A DNA stretch of 64,000 nt from Podarcis liolepis (Eukaryota). Numbering within the stretch: position 1 is the stretch's first letter; each line of letters starts with the position of its first letter. The stretch lies in the NCBI GenBank assembly GCA_965112155.1, contig OZ218103.1. One strand, written 5' to 3'. This document shows positions 25,104 through 37,800 of this stretch, piece after piece. The position numbers and the translations under genes are program-made. Under the pieces are notes generated by a model. The model worked only from the letters and a program-made list of their open reading frames with translations, had not been told where the DNA came from and searched no databases.

Positions 25104-25668
25104 TGTCATGAGCCCCATGGCAAGAAATGTGGAGGGGCGATCCTGGCAGAATTTGTCAGAGGAAGAGGAGACAGAGATTACTGTGTCTGTTGATGGGGAG
25201 AGTCCAAGTAGTATGCTGGGAGACATCCAAGTTGACAGGGCAAATCAAGCAATTCTGCCATTGCCCTGCCTCAGGAGAGCAAGGTTGCTCCGGCAACTGA
25301 GGAAGCACATGAGCACGAGTCAGGCAGTGAACTGGTAAAACAGACTCAGGTCCCGTCTCCAACCATGCATCCTCTGGTGAGGGCAGACCCAGCTCACTTG
25401 TAGGAATTCCTGCTTACTTGTCCAGTCCAATTACTTGGGATGAGAACTGCGCAAAAGACTCTGCCTGTCCTGGTTTTTAAAAGGAGAGCAAAGGAGGCAT
25501 GTCAGGTGTTGAGATAGCATCTTAGCTTAGAACTCTGCTTCTGAACTATTGGACTATGTAACCTGTGTCTTGATCTGTGTTTAAGCTGTGGACTGATTTG
25601 TGAAACAAGGCCTTCAGGAACAACTGAGCTGAGAGTGAGTACTGTGTCTGAATGTGGGAGTCAGGACA
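25104..25668 (+). mobile_element. Probable solo LTR (Gypsy-like)
   Basis: Begins TGTCATGAGCC and ends GAGTCAGGACA (TG...CA with a short imperfect inverted repeat); 565 bp; TATA-like TTTAAAAGG ~25476; TSD degenerate. Confidence 0.55.
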
Positions 25669-28115
25669 CATGAGAAGACCCTGTTGGTGCAGAAGCCATC
25701 CTTCCCAACAGGGCTAGCACACACTGAAAAGCTGGGTCATGAGCAAGGTCAGCCTTGCAATGAGTAATGTGTTGTAGCTCCCCCACCCAGCCGGCAAAAT
25801 CTACTCCAAAATGGGATGATGTTTTAATTCTTCAGTTCAGATACAAACAGGTCCTTGATATATTAGCAAAGGACACTGAGTTGGCTCAAAGAGAAATGCA
25901 GCCACTTAAAAGCATTAATTCTCATGGAATTCACAGAAAAGCAAAAATAAATTAAATGTGCCACCTTTAAATTTTTGGCTATGTTAAAACATTATGAGAA
26001 CTACCTGTTGGACAAATTATGATAAATGATATCAGCTGACACACTGCAACTTGTCTGAACTTCTTTTGGCTGTAGTCATAAGAGGCAAGTTATACAACTT
26101 GCAAATTAAACTTATATCTATCATACTATTTTAAAGGAAATTATTAAACACTAGTAAATATGGTGTTCTGTATCCTTATGAAGTAGCAAAATTATTTCTG
26201 AAAATATGTTGAGAAGAATCAAATCCTTAGTGTCAGTCTTGAAATTTCTATCCCTACAATGCTCAAAATTTCTCCCCTTTCAACAAAGTGCATGGAAGTT
26301 ATATTAAAGTGGCTTACTTAGGCTAATATGTTGTTGTTATTTCATTTATGAATAATAATAAAAGCAGCTAAGACAGTTTTTAAAGCAGTACAAAACACAC
26401 ATACAAAAAAAGTGCTTTAAAAACAGTGGGATAAACACTTAAGGCAGAGACCTTTTCATCTACCTGGAAAGTTTATGAACTTTGACCAACCTAGGTAGCA
26501 TATTTATATAGAGAAAGTTGTTGGAGACTACTGGTATTAAATTAATGACCTTGCTGGTATGAGTGTCTTTCATACAAATAATCTTCATTTTAAAAAATCC
26601 AGAATAAATTCAGAGCTGTGTATCTTTCTGAGATGAAAATGCTCATTTTCATCCTTTTGGGTCAAGACTTGGGTTTAGAAGACAGAAATAATTTCTGGAA
26701 GCCAGCAGTGCTTTGTCTCTTTTATAATGACAATCTACTGCTGGGGCCCCAGTATATACTTGGTCTTTCCTTGGCTTTAGATGAGGCAATTGCATGACCA
26801 CTCCTCTGCTGGCTCTGGACTCCCCCCCCCCCCAAGACTGTCTGCCACCTCAGTTTCTCATGGGTAAGAGAGATAAAGAGGTAGAGTTAGGGTTGAGGTT
26901 CAGTGTTTGGGTTTATTGGGATGCTGGGTTTCCTTGGGGCTGGAAAAGTTGGGCTGCTCTACTGTGACAGCAGGTTCTTCAGTGTCCCCAGTTGTTCCAG
27001 GGGTCTCTGTGTCATCTCACAGCACTTCCTGGCTGAGGTTCCCTCTGGAACATGGTTGGGCTGCACAAGGAGTTAGACTTGTACCAGTTCACATCAACCA
27101 GAACAGCTCCCATTTCTGCTTTGAGCTAGTGCTTGCCCTCTTCCCTCTGCTGCTAGGGATATTTCCCAGTGGCAGAGGAAACTCTTATGTATTTGTGGGA
27201 ATCAGGATGTCAGTTTTTGCCTGTTATATTTTCTCTACATCTGTGCACCCAGCACATCCACAATTGGGGAGAGAGAGAATTATAACTTGGGTAACAGGAA
27301 GCTTTGGAAGAGTTTTCACCTGGCCAGCATAGTTGGTCTCCTCCAAACTGTTATGTACCTTAGTCACTTTTCCTCAGGCTTGAAACATATGTAAAAACCA
27401 TTCATCCCTCATACACTACAGGTGCAAGAGAAGTCATGGGCAAATTAAAGTAGGTTAGTAAGGTGACTAAAGAAAGATTGATGTGAAAGCTTCTTATACT
27501 TTTCATACTGGAAGAATGGGGGTTAAAGAACTATCTACACATCTCTTGGTTTATGTGGGTCAGTGGCCAGAGCCAATGTTGTTGGCCCGCCAACTGATGT
27601 AAAATATGATTGCAGTTAAAAATTACTTCATAGGTAATAGTTGTTAAATATAATATTTACCCATCCCACCCCTCAGATACCAGGAGATCACATATTATCT
27701 GGTGAGGGGTGGAGGATTATTATTTTAGTATTGATTAGCACACTAATTAACTGGCAGGTAATTCAAGGAGCTGTGCAGGTTCATGCAGAAGGCTATTTCT
27801 GGTCCACTGAAATCCGTGGCTTTTCTCGCCCCCTCCCCTTTTGTGGTAAATAGCTGATCCCCATAAGAGTTTTTCAATATTCTGCTTTTTCAATGTTCTT
27901 CAGTTTCAAAAGCAGTTTTGCAGCTATTTGAGAAAAACAAGCTTAAGGTCCCACTGTGCTCAAGACCTGGGCCTAATTCTCAGAATGCAAGTGGGGGTCT
28001 CACGTGATTGCAAACCCCCCCCCCATTATAAATCTACTGCACAAAAAAACTTTATGTCAGGGAGAATGTTTCTAGCCTAGCCTGGTTCCAGATATACTAT
28101 TTTTTCTATGTGAAT

Positions 28116-28120
<5 letters not shown>

Positions 28121-28168
<48 letters not shown>
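28121..28168. repeat. (GA)24 microsatellite
   Basis: Read directly. Confidence 0.97.
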
Positions 28169-28171
<3 letters not shown>

Positions 28172-29130
28172 AGAGATTCGTACGGAGGACTCCTGGATTG
28201 CAGTCTGAAGTGGTATAGCCTCAACATGTTTACCCCTTCAGTAAGTACTAGACCCTTGTTTCACAGTTATTTGGGCCCTGGCCATTGCATTTTGTCTAGC
28301 TATCAGTGGAAACAGAATCTGTCGGTTTTGAAGAGCACAGATTAGGAAGGAATGTGCCGTTTGGAAACGTGGCAGCTCTCATAGTACTGTGTATGGTTTA
28401 AATTAAACCTTTTTTTGGAAAGCAGAATAGCTGCAGGCCACATTTTGAGGGAAAGCAACAGCAGAAAAGGGTTGGCTGTGGTTTTTCCTTTGCTGTGTAA
28501 CAGACCAACTTTCTCTTGTTTTAACACAGAAGCGGGGGAGGGAAAGCTGGACTCCTTCAGACCAACCACACAGCTTCTCTGCTGACCACAAAAAGGAAGT
28601 TAGGCATGGCAAGGCTAGGATTAATACCCACTGTCTCTTAAGCCAACAGGGTGTGAGAACTTTTTATATGGATTTTTTCCCTCCCTGCCTTCTTGCCAGA
28701 TTGACGGTGTGGTCAGAGTTTAGACATCTTGAAACAAGTACAAGTTTGCATTACATTGTGTTCCAGGCTTTTCTAAATTGCATCTTAAATTCGTTTACGC
28801 CCACTGCTGAGCTTTTAGCAGGGCAAACCACTAATAGCTTTGTGCTACTTGCTGGAGGGATAGGAAACATAAAAAATATGCCTTGAACACTCTAGGCAGT
28901 TGGCAGATCTTGACTGGCTGATAGACTATAGTTGTGCTTAATGAAACAGGCAAAGCCAACTCTTAATAGAACAGAGCCCTTTATTCTATGTGAATAATAA
29001 GATTAAGAATTTATTGAATAATTGAATTTACTAGTCATTTGTCCAAATTTCCTTATTCACCGGCTCTTCTAAAAATTGACAGTGTGTGTGCTTTTATATG
29101 TAATTGTGACATCACATATTTCCATGTGTG

Positions 29131-29223
29131 AGATATTTGATTTTATTTATTTTATTGTATTTTAAATATTTTGTTGGAAGCCGCCCAGAGTGGCTGGGGA
29201 AACCCGGCCAGATGGGTGGGGTA

Positions 29224-29224
<1 letters not shown>
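29131..29224 (+). mobile_element. L2-type 3' end
   Basis: TTGTTGGAAGCCGCCCAGAGTGGCTGGGGAAACCCGGCCAGATGGGTGGGGT followed by a simple-repeat tail. Confidence 0.7.

Positions 29225-29275
<51 letters not shown>
29225..29275. repeat. (AAC)17 microsatellite (retroposon tail)
   Basis: Read directly. Confidence 0.97.
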
Positions 29276-29276
<1 letters not shown>

Positions 29277-29554
29277 GAGATGGCCAACAACCTAGATGGC
29301 TTTAAAAGATAGACAAATTCATGGAGGTGAGGACTATCAGTGGCTACTAGCTATGATGGCTGTGTTCTGCCTCCACAATTGGAGGCAGCAATGCTTCTTG
29401 AATATCCATTGCTGGAAACCACAGTGGGTGGAGAGTGCTGCTTTGTTCAGATGGAGTTTGTGTGTTTCTCACAGGCATGTGGCTGGCCAATGTGAGAACA
29501 GGATGCTTGGCTTGATGGTACCATTGGCCTGATCCAACAGACTGTTCTTATGTT
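29277..29554 (+). mobile_element. CR1 LINE 3' end
   Basis: GATGGCTTTAAAA...TAGACAAATTCATGGAGG ORF2 terminus, 3' UTR ending GATGGTACCATTGGCCTGATCCAACAGACTGTTCTTATGTT. Confidence 0.85.
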
Positions 29555-29584
29555 TGCAAGCAAATCATACCCTCCTGAAGTATA

Positions 29585-29782
29585 TAAGAACATAGTAAGC
29601 TGCTGTAGACTGAGTCAGACCATTGGTACATCTGTCTCAGTGCTGTGTGTGCTGAGTGGCAGTGGCTGCCCATAGTTTCAAACATGGAACTCTCCTAGCC
29701 CTACCTAGAGATTCCTGGGGTTGAACCTTGGCCCTTCTGCATGCAAAGCAGATGCTCTATGACTGAGCTGCACCCCATCCCC
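29585..29782 (-). mobile_element. tRNA-derived SINE with CR1-like tail (Squam3-like)
   Basis: Minus strand reads GGGGATGGGGTGCAGCTCAGTCATAGAGCATCTGCTTTGCATGCAGAAGGGCCAAGGTTCAACCCC (tRNA head with A/B boxes) ... CTATGTTCTTA tail. Confidence 0.85.
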
Positions 29783-29854
29783 TAATGCTATTTTCTTACA
29801 TGAAAACAGGCCTATTCCTTTGATGCCTCATATTTTTATTTTTAAGCATTACAT

Positions 29855-30078
29855 GTTCTTGAACTTAATCTGTTCGAGGAGTCCATTTGACTCCCGAAAC
29901 CTTTCAAAAATCAAGGCGTGGCTTCTGATTGGCTGCTGGAGCTTCCTGCACTCAACCAGAAGCCGCGGAAGCCATGTCAGATGTTCAGCTTCTGAAAAAT
30001 GTTCATAAACTGGAACACTCACTTCTGGGTTTGTGGCGTTTGGGAGCTGATTTGTTTAGGAACCAAGCCGTTCGAGTA
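29855..30078 (+). mobile_element. Degenerate Tigger-like MITE body lacking TIRs
   Basis: GAACTTAATCTGTTCGAGGAGTCC and ACTTCTGGGTT resemble internal motifs of the CAGTGGTACC MITEs. Confidence 0.55.
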
Positions 30079-30207
30079 TGCTAATTGATTTTTGCATTCA
30101 AGTCCTGTTTTATAATTCTGTGAAACAGTTGTGGATTTGAATCAGCTGGTATTTAACCATATTCATCCCAGAACTAAATGTACTTGGAGTGGCACATGAT
30201 CATTATA

Positions 30208-30433
30208 CAGTGGTACCTCGGGCTAAGAACTTAATTCATTCCGGAGGTCTGTTCTTAACCTGAAACTGTTCTTAACCTGAGGTACTACTTTAACTAATGG
30301 GGCCTCCCGCTGCTGCTGTGCCGCCGCCACACAATTTCTGTTCTCACCCTGAATCAAAGTTCTTAACCCGAGGTACAATTTCTGGGTTACCGGAGTCTGT
30401 AACCTGAAGCGTCTGTAACCCGAGGTACCACTG
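30208..30433 (+). mobile_element. Tc1/mariner (Tigger-like) MITE, copy 2
   Basis: TA|CAGTGGTACCTCGGG ... CCCGAGGTACCACTG|TA; very similar to 8617-8836. Confidence 0.93.
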
Positions 30434-33400
30434 TAATCATGTAGTTACTATCATAACCATTGCAAATATTTAGTAACACATATTCTGAAAATATTGAAAT
30501 ATAACAGTTTTATAAATTGAAACCATTTGTCCATTTGATAAATATAGTGCAGTCCTGACCAGGCATGACATGTGCAGTTTTTGTATATTGTTGTTACAAT
30601 ATTTCTAAATACATAATGCTTCTTGTGTATCGTAATTATGTAGTCCTATTATATTTGTAATCATTTAATAATACATAAATATCTCCACCTGTAGAACAGT
30701 TTCCTTCTGATAGGGAGAGTTTCTAGATTATCCTTACTTGCTTGCTCTTTGTTCACATGTGCTTTGGTAGCACAGGAAGTAGAAAGAAATGAGGAAAGCT
30801 TTCTCTTAATTTGTTTTTGCTGCCCTGGAAGACCTCCATTGCATCTTGATCTTTTTTCACTGCTGAGGAATTATACAGTAACAAATTGAATCCATTGATC
30901 ACTGTCTTCTCTGAAGTTTCACTTTGTAAGATTTTATACAGTAGTCCATTGACTTTGATAGAATTACCAATAGCAGTAATCAAGGCAATTAGGATGAGGC
31001 CAAATTATTTCCTTTACTGCATGGGTGTATGAGGAAGAAAACATAAAGGAATTATCTTATATCCTGTAATAAGAGACTTGTGTGGCCTTTTGTGGTGGGG
31101 GTGCGAGAAGAGTGTTGGGTGTTCTAATCTAAGTAGCTATTACTATGGTAATAATAATGAACTACCAGGTGCTAGGATATATAGTATATATAGTCTTTGC
31201 CTTATATTCGATGGAAGAGTTAATCACAAAGTGATTTTCCTCTCAAGATTCACGTGTTAAATTGTTTCCAAATGTTAAAATTTCAAGGTCCCACGTTATG
31301 AAAAATAACAGTGAATTAGCTTTACTTCAGTACACAGGAACTTACTATCTTTCCACATTAGGGAAGGGGGAAGGGTATCCTTTACATTACTATTCTAGAA
31401 AGCACTCAGAACAATCATGGGATAAAATGGGAAGGATTAAAAACTCCTTTGCTACTGGTTGTGCAGATTTTGCAGATGCTTAGGCTGTACTCAGAGGCAA
31501 GAAGTCACTTAGCATGAACAGATGTATTTTCTTTAGTAAACTCTTTCAGGCTATTGTTTCCTAGCCATTAAAATATGCCATCTTGATACTTGGTTATTCA
31601 CTATATACCATAAAATATTTATTAAGGTCATAGAACTGTAGTGCAGTAGAAAAAACCCACATGTGGAACAATATGCTTGCTGTTATTTTGGATAAGAACA
31701 TTTCTGCTGGGTTGCATCACTGTCTGTAAATTTTATTGATTATAATTAAGTTCGTCTGTATTGTCTCTGGGAATGTACATAGCTTAAAATCAATATTTCT
31801 TATATTCATTAGGAAAACCAGCTTGAAAGGGATTTTAGTAGAAATAAGCAGCAAGGCTGTCACTTTGATTGCATTTATAAAGCATTAGGGGCTCACCATT
31901 TCTCCTGCTTTTCTGAATGTGTCTTAAACACATTTCTCAAATTTGTCTCCACATTTAGCTGTTTTACTTTTACCCATTATCCCTATTCTTTATATCAAGC
32001 TTCCATTAAGAGAAGGCATGCACCAGGTGTCTGCTGCAGGTAAACTCTGATTTAAAGTATCTGAAACTTTCATCTGCCCAGCTTCAGCTGTATTAATTTA
32101 CATTATGCATCTGCCCTTCATCTGTATCATCTGCTTTGACAACATATGGAACCATTTTAAGCACAGAATAACATGTTGTCACCTTACTGAAATTTGTGAT
32201 GAGTTAAATAGGGACAATGCTTCACACTTCAGTCAACTGTCGCACAAAAAGTCATGTCAGAAAGCCTACTCCCTCTAATACAAAAGTTGATGATTGCAGG
32301 GTGTTTTAAAGCTTTGTTTTGTTTATACAAGTTTCATAAATTCAATCCCAGCAGTCTGTGTACATCCATGAATGCACTATGACTCCATTCTACATCTGTT
32401 TATTTACCATTGTTTCTAAAACATCATTCAATAAAATTTCCAGTTTAAACAATTTCAAGTAAACACATACAGAGAGCATCGTAGCATAATGCATTCAAAA
32501 TAGCACATATAAAACCTTTAAAGCTGCTTATTTAAAATCACACACTGAAGGCCTGTTGGAGCATTCACACACAAAAAAGAGGAAATCTAGCAAACCCTAA
32601 AAGAGAATGCAATCTACACCTTTGGAACCATGACCAAGATGGCCCTGACTCTCACCCCCATCTGTCTAACCTTGCAAAGCAGCAGGCCCTCTGAATTTAT
32701 CCTGTAAATCACTTTGGGATGCCTCACGTGAAATTATTCATAAATGAAATAAATAAATGTAATTTAAGAGATTCACAAGGGAGTATGTGGCTCTTAAAGT
32801 AAGCTGTAGATTGAGAGGATATCCCAATCAATAATACTTTGCACATTTTTTAAAATTTTACTTTTCTTCATGGAGACTGTAGGGATTAAATTTGGGGGAG
32901 GGGGAGTTCACAGATTTATTGAAATTTAATCCTAACAGTCTCTATGAAGAAAATTAACTAATAAATAAAAAGTGGTGATCTGATTAACATTACCCTATGG
33001 TGGAGTTGAGAGGTGAAACAGATCTTGCAGTGGTTCATAGTGGGTAGCATGAACAAAGCACCAACAGGTTCACTCCAGCTCTCTGGCCTAGAGCCATTAA
33101 CTCACTGTGGTACTGAGAACAGTTTTAGCATGTGAGCTTCTTGAAGGCAAGTTTATTTCTCTCCTTAACTGCAATCTCAGCTAAGGGGTCTTAGATTTAG
33201 ATGGTGCCTGTTACTGGCATTAGGTTTAGTATTAGAGTTTTCTCCTCCCCCCCCCCATCAGGGTGTGTTGTACCTAGCTCTCCTTTTGACTTCAGCCACA
33301 AAATGCATTATTCCACAAGTTGTGGATGTTTATTAGTTATTGATCCACCCCTTTTATCATTTATTTAGATACTCAAAGCTTGGAAATCCTGGTGACCACA

Positions 33401-33585
33401 CTTACTTTCAATAATGGAATATTTACAGTTCATTGACAAACCATCCATGAGTAAATAATGAAATCAAACTTGCTATTGGGTAATGTACTGTCAGCTGGAA
33501 GGGGAAAGAACTAATGATCAGATAGGTCCAGATGGGGCCCAGATAGTTCTCTCCATTGGAGGGAATTATACATGAAGTAGGTAGC

Positions 33586-33780
33586 TTATTTATTACCATT
33601 GTGTCTCACAATTTCCCCAAGAAGCTAAAGACAACATACATGGGTTTCTTCCATTTTTAACTTCAAAACTGTGAAGTAAGTCAAGCTGAGAACTGACCCG
33701 CCTAAAGTTGCTAGTGAACATTTGAACTTGGGTATCTGAGGTCTAACTCCTAGCACTGTTCTTACTGCATTACACTAACT
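33586..33780 (-). mobile_element. MIR/CORE-like SINE (degenerate)
   Basis: CTGTGAAGTAAGTCAAGCTGAG...CCTAAAGTTGCTAGTGAA...TTTGAACTTGGGT, similar to the copies at 47335 and 63405. Confidence 0.6.
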
Positions 33781-33826
33781 GACATCATTACACTGCATCA
33801 CACTTGCTGTCATTATTTCTTTATAG

Positions 33827-33976
33827 CAGTGGGGGATTTTTTTGGGGGGGAGAGGTGCTGGTACTCATATATTGATAAAAGTGCCTGTAGGTGCCAATAC
33901 AAAATGGCTGTCATAGGCAGCGAAGAAATAGGTGATGGTACTCTGAACCAGTGAGTACTGTCACAAAAAAGCACTT
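33827..33976. mobile_element. 150-bp hAT-type MITE
   Basis: Perfect 8-bp TSD CTTTATAG (33819-33826 / 33977-33984); ends CAGTG...AAAAAAGCACTT. Confidence 0.85.
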
Positions 33977-34109
33977 CTTTATAGAGAAGAAGCCTATAAA
34001 AAGTAGCTGTCCAGAATATAACTGTTCACAAGAAGTATCTGGGCTATTACCAATTTGATGCTCCTTCACTCCCAAACGTCTTGCTCACATACATCCTAAC
34101 TAACTAAAT

Positions 34110-34800
34110 GAAAGCACAGAACGAGTGACGATATCATAATGTCTAATATAATCAATGTAAATCTTGCTAAGTGTTGTGATTTGGTCACGTTTAAGTAACA
34201 GGCGTTAGATTTAGGGGGGGACGACCTATAAATAGCAATAGCAAAAACTGCAGGCTAGGCTTTACTTTGCAAAACAACAACAGCAATAAACTGTGTTCAA
34301 GTAAAAGTATTTAGCGGTATTCTTGCTCATTTTCTTTGGAGGCTGTCTGTTAAAATAGTAGTCATTGCCCAGAAACGCAGAAACCTCAGGCATACTGTAT
34401 TTCTCAGAAAGATTAGAAGAGGCTTGGTTTACCCAGTTAACTCTGGGCAACCATATACCAGAAGGCCTGGTGGCATTTGCCACAGCAATATCTCCACTGT
34501 GTGTGCATTTTCGGTTCATTAAAAAAAGATGTTAATTGTGGCCGGTAGTCGAGAATCTTTCTTTTAGTCAGTTATCAGCGGTTTCCTTTTGCATGGCTGG
34601 CTCGCTGATGGGGAGCTGTCCGTTTATTTAAAAAACAATGCCTCAGTTATCATATTGTTTAGTGTGGGGCGGGGAAGTGAAGCATTCAAATGCGAACAAA
34701 TCCAAAGCAGGAAAGCAACACATCAAAAACAGGGAGGGGGGTTCAGGGCAGATTTTACAACCTGAATAAATCAGTTTAATGAAGGAGTTTTGTTGGAGTA
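34110..34800. promoter_or_regulatory. Candidate enhancer/promoter-like block
   Basis: CpG retention; MEF2 consensus CTATAAATAG 34226-34235; inverted SOX pair AACAATG/ATTGTT 34634-34659; GC box plus ETS GGGGCGGGGAAGTG 34666-34679. Confidence 0.5.
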
Positions 34801-37800
34801 CTCCAACTGACAGGACTTGGCCCTTAGTTATTATTTCATGTATATGTTTTTTCATGTACATGTTTAGAATTTCATTCAAAATGACAATTTTTTATTTTTT
34901 ACAAGTATTACCTCATGTCAATAAAGTACTGAGTAATTGTTAATGTATTTGTATCAGGCTTGTCCAAAAGACTTTAGTCTATTGGAATTCGTTTTTTCTT
35001 TAGGATACCCTCTGTACATAAAAGGGACAGAAGGTACAACCTTAGATCTTATTCCATATGCAAGTAGAAACACAAATTCCTTTAACAATTAATAGGTACT
35101 CTGTTTACATTCCAGACAATTTATTGCAATGCATCACTCACAATATATTCAATAAAACTGATAAACTGTGACTGCCATATCTGTCGTGTAACATGCTGAA
35201 GGAAAAATTCCAGTTTTGTCCAATATAAAACATTTAGTTTACTATCATTAATGCTTCTTCTAGAGTTCACAAGCAGAGTCCAAGTCCAATATTATTCTGT
35301 AGTTCCAAGCTGGTACACCTGCTTTTTAGGTAGAAAATCCCAACCAGATTCATTAACTCAAAGATTCTAGGGATGCATATCCTATTAAGATGGTAAGCTT
35401 GACATTGCTTGTCTCGATCAACCATTGTGCTAATACCATCTCCATTTATATCCATAGGGTGTACATTTTTCTTTTATTCTACAAATAAAATACATTTATT
35501 CATTTTAGCCTAATAACTGCCATCCTGATGTCCATGACTCTGTATACAATGGATATCCAGTGTGGCCTATAAGAAACTATTTTTTTATCATGCCTAATGG
35601 ATGATGTTCCTCTGTGTGTGAAACTAAACAGCTTGGGCAGGAGACTGGAATGCTATGAGTCTGTGTAGATCTTTGACCTATTCTGATTGTTGCCTTCTTC
35701 ATTTTTTTTTTCAAATTTGTTTTCCTGTTTTGTGAGAGCATGGGAACAAGTATGGAATGAGTGTTTTTTCCATTAGTTATTTGTAAGATTCTTATAAAGT
35801 ATCTGTAACCAAAGCATAAATGAAATACATTAAATCTGCTGATGAACTATTTCAAAAGGTTATGACTTCTTGACTGTCATAATTGGTTTATCTGAAAAGA
35901 TCATTAAAGAACTTGGGGGATTGGATACATATATGCCTTTAAATTAATTCACAGAATAGGCCTTGGGTTAATGGAAGTTTAGGTTTAATGCTTAATCAGG
36001 AGTATGCAAAGGAGCTTGAATTAAGAAGAACCTTTGTATTATTTGTGATTTGAAGCAAATAATCCATGGCATTGTAAAGGGGTTAGGATCAATTATTCCT
36101 ATTATTTTAGCTAGTGTTTTCCATTGCAATTTATTTGAGGTCCAATGTATATGCTCTGAGGAGTTACTGTCAATTGTCTACTAGTGTGTGATGACATTCT
36201 GGCCTGTGACCCTTGTGGTTCCATTTGGAACCTTCACTAGATTGTTTCTGGAAGGGGGGAAAATGAATGCAGTGTGTCTTGGAGTCGATAGCTTCTCTAA
36301 AGTATGGAACAAGGAAACGCATCTTCAAAAGTTCCAACTTGTCTATGAACAAGTTGCTTTTTGGAAGGGGCCATAGTTTAGTGATAGAGCACAGGTTTGG
36401 CATATGAAAGGTTCCACAAATTGGTAATCTGCATACTTTCTACAGTGCTACAATATGATCCAGTCTTCTGGTTGTGGTAAATATATTGGCAGCACCATTT
36501 AGAACTAGTTGAAACTTCTGGAGTGCCCCACCCAAAGCACATGTATAGGGTTGCACTGTAGATTTACCTGTTACTTGTTAGAAAGAAGGGTAGGATATGT
36601 CTAACAAAATAGTATGTCTCTGTTTTATCACATCAAGTAGACCCCAGTTTGTGAATGGTCCTATGCATCTATGCAATAAGTAAGAGTAAGGTGATTTCTT
36701 AAAATAGACAAAACCTGGAACACCTGAATTCATTCAAGATGTCCTCCACCTTCTTGTTTTTAGTTATGCAGGTGTTCTTAGCAATTTCAGTGAATGAGGG
36801 GCAGAAGAAATGTTCTGTAGATAGAATTATTTCTATAAATAGAAGGAATTTTCTGAGTATTCCAGAATGGATAAGTGGGTATTTAGAAATCTTATACAGA
36901 GAATCCTAAACCTGCTGATAGCATAATGTAGTCAGGCATAACTATACTTTTAAAAAGATATTTGGTTTGCTTCCTGGTACCATTAACATACTGTAGTGTG
37001 AAGTTGACGTATAATATAATGTACATCTGATTTGGGAGATAATCTAAATAGTGAATTAGTTTATGTTCCAGCTGTGAGTGTGTACAATTCTGAGCCTGCT
37101 TTTATCTGGAAAATTAAAATCAGGTTTTTTGAAGCATAGCCCCACAGATTGTTCAGCATTTAGTGGAAGGAACACTGTCTAAACTTGATTTACTGCATAT
37201 TTCAGGCAAACAGACATTTGAAAAAGCATTGACCTCATGCTAGCTTCTCAGAAAGCTTTGTTAAGTATTCCCTCTTAATCCCAGTTTGCAGGTGACCTTA
37301 GTTTGAGATGTGCTATTCTTTAACAAGGGTTCATTTGTCAGTTCTTTTGGATTTCTCAAAGTCCTTTATATAAGACAACGTAAGAGGCTGATTTAATTAT
37401 TCTTATACACTTAACTAACAATCCTCCCTGTCTCAGTTCAGCAGCTGTAGAATGCACTCCCGTTCCTTAAGTGAACTGGTTAGAGAGTTGAGAAGGTTAC
37501 TTGAGGTATTGAAACAGGGCATGTAGGTAAAAGTAGATGATCTTATGCAGTGTTAATCTGGATTATGTTGGAGAAATTAGTTTTGATTTTGATTTTCGCA
37601 GATAAAGCCATTTCTTTTTAAACAATTACGTCTCAGCACACTTGTCTCTATTTTACATTATATAATGATTTTTATTCAGCAAATTTAAATACTTGAATGC
37701 TCCAATGAATTAGTTCTGTTGCTTAGTAATGAACAGCATGATGTAAAAGACTTTTGTGTTATTGTGGTCTGTATTTAGAGTACTCCTAAAATATAGTAGT

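Noticed and set aside
29700-29782. tRNA-like sequence (also 4254-4293 and 60039-60110)
   Set aside because: SINE heads: no intact acceptor stem, and each continues into a SINE body
32019-32040. CTCF-like CACCAGGTGTCTG (and a similar motif at ~39328)
   Set aside because: Mismatches at key positions; cannot be supported without PWM scoring or ChIP
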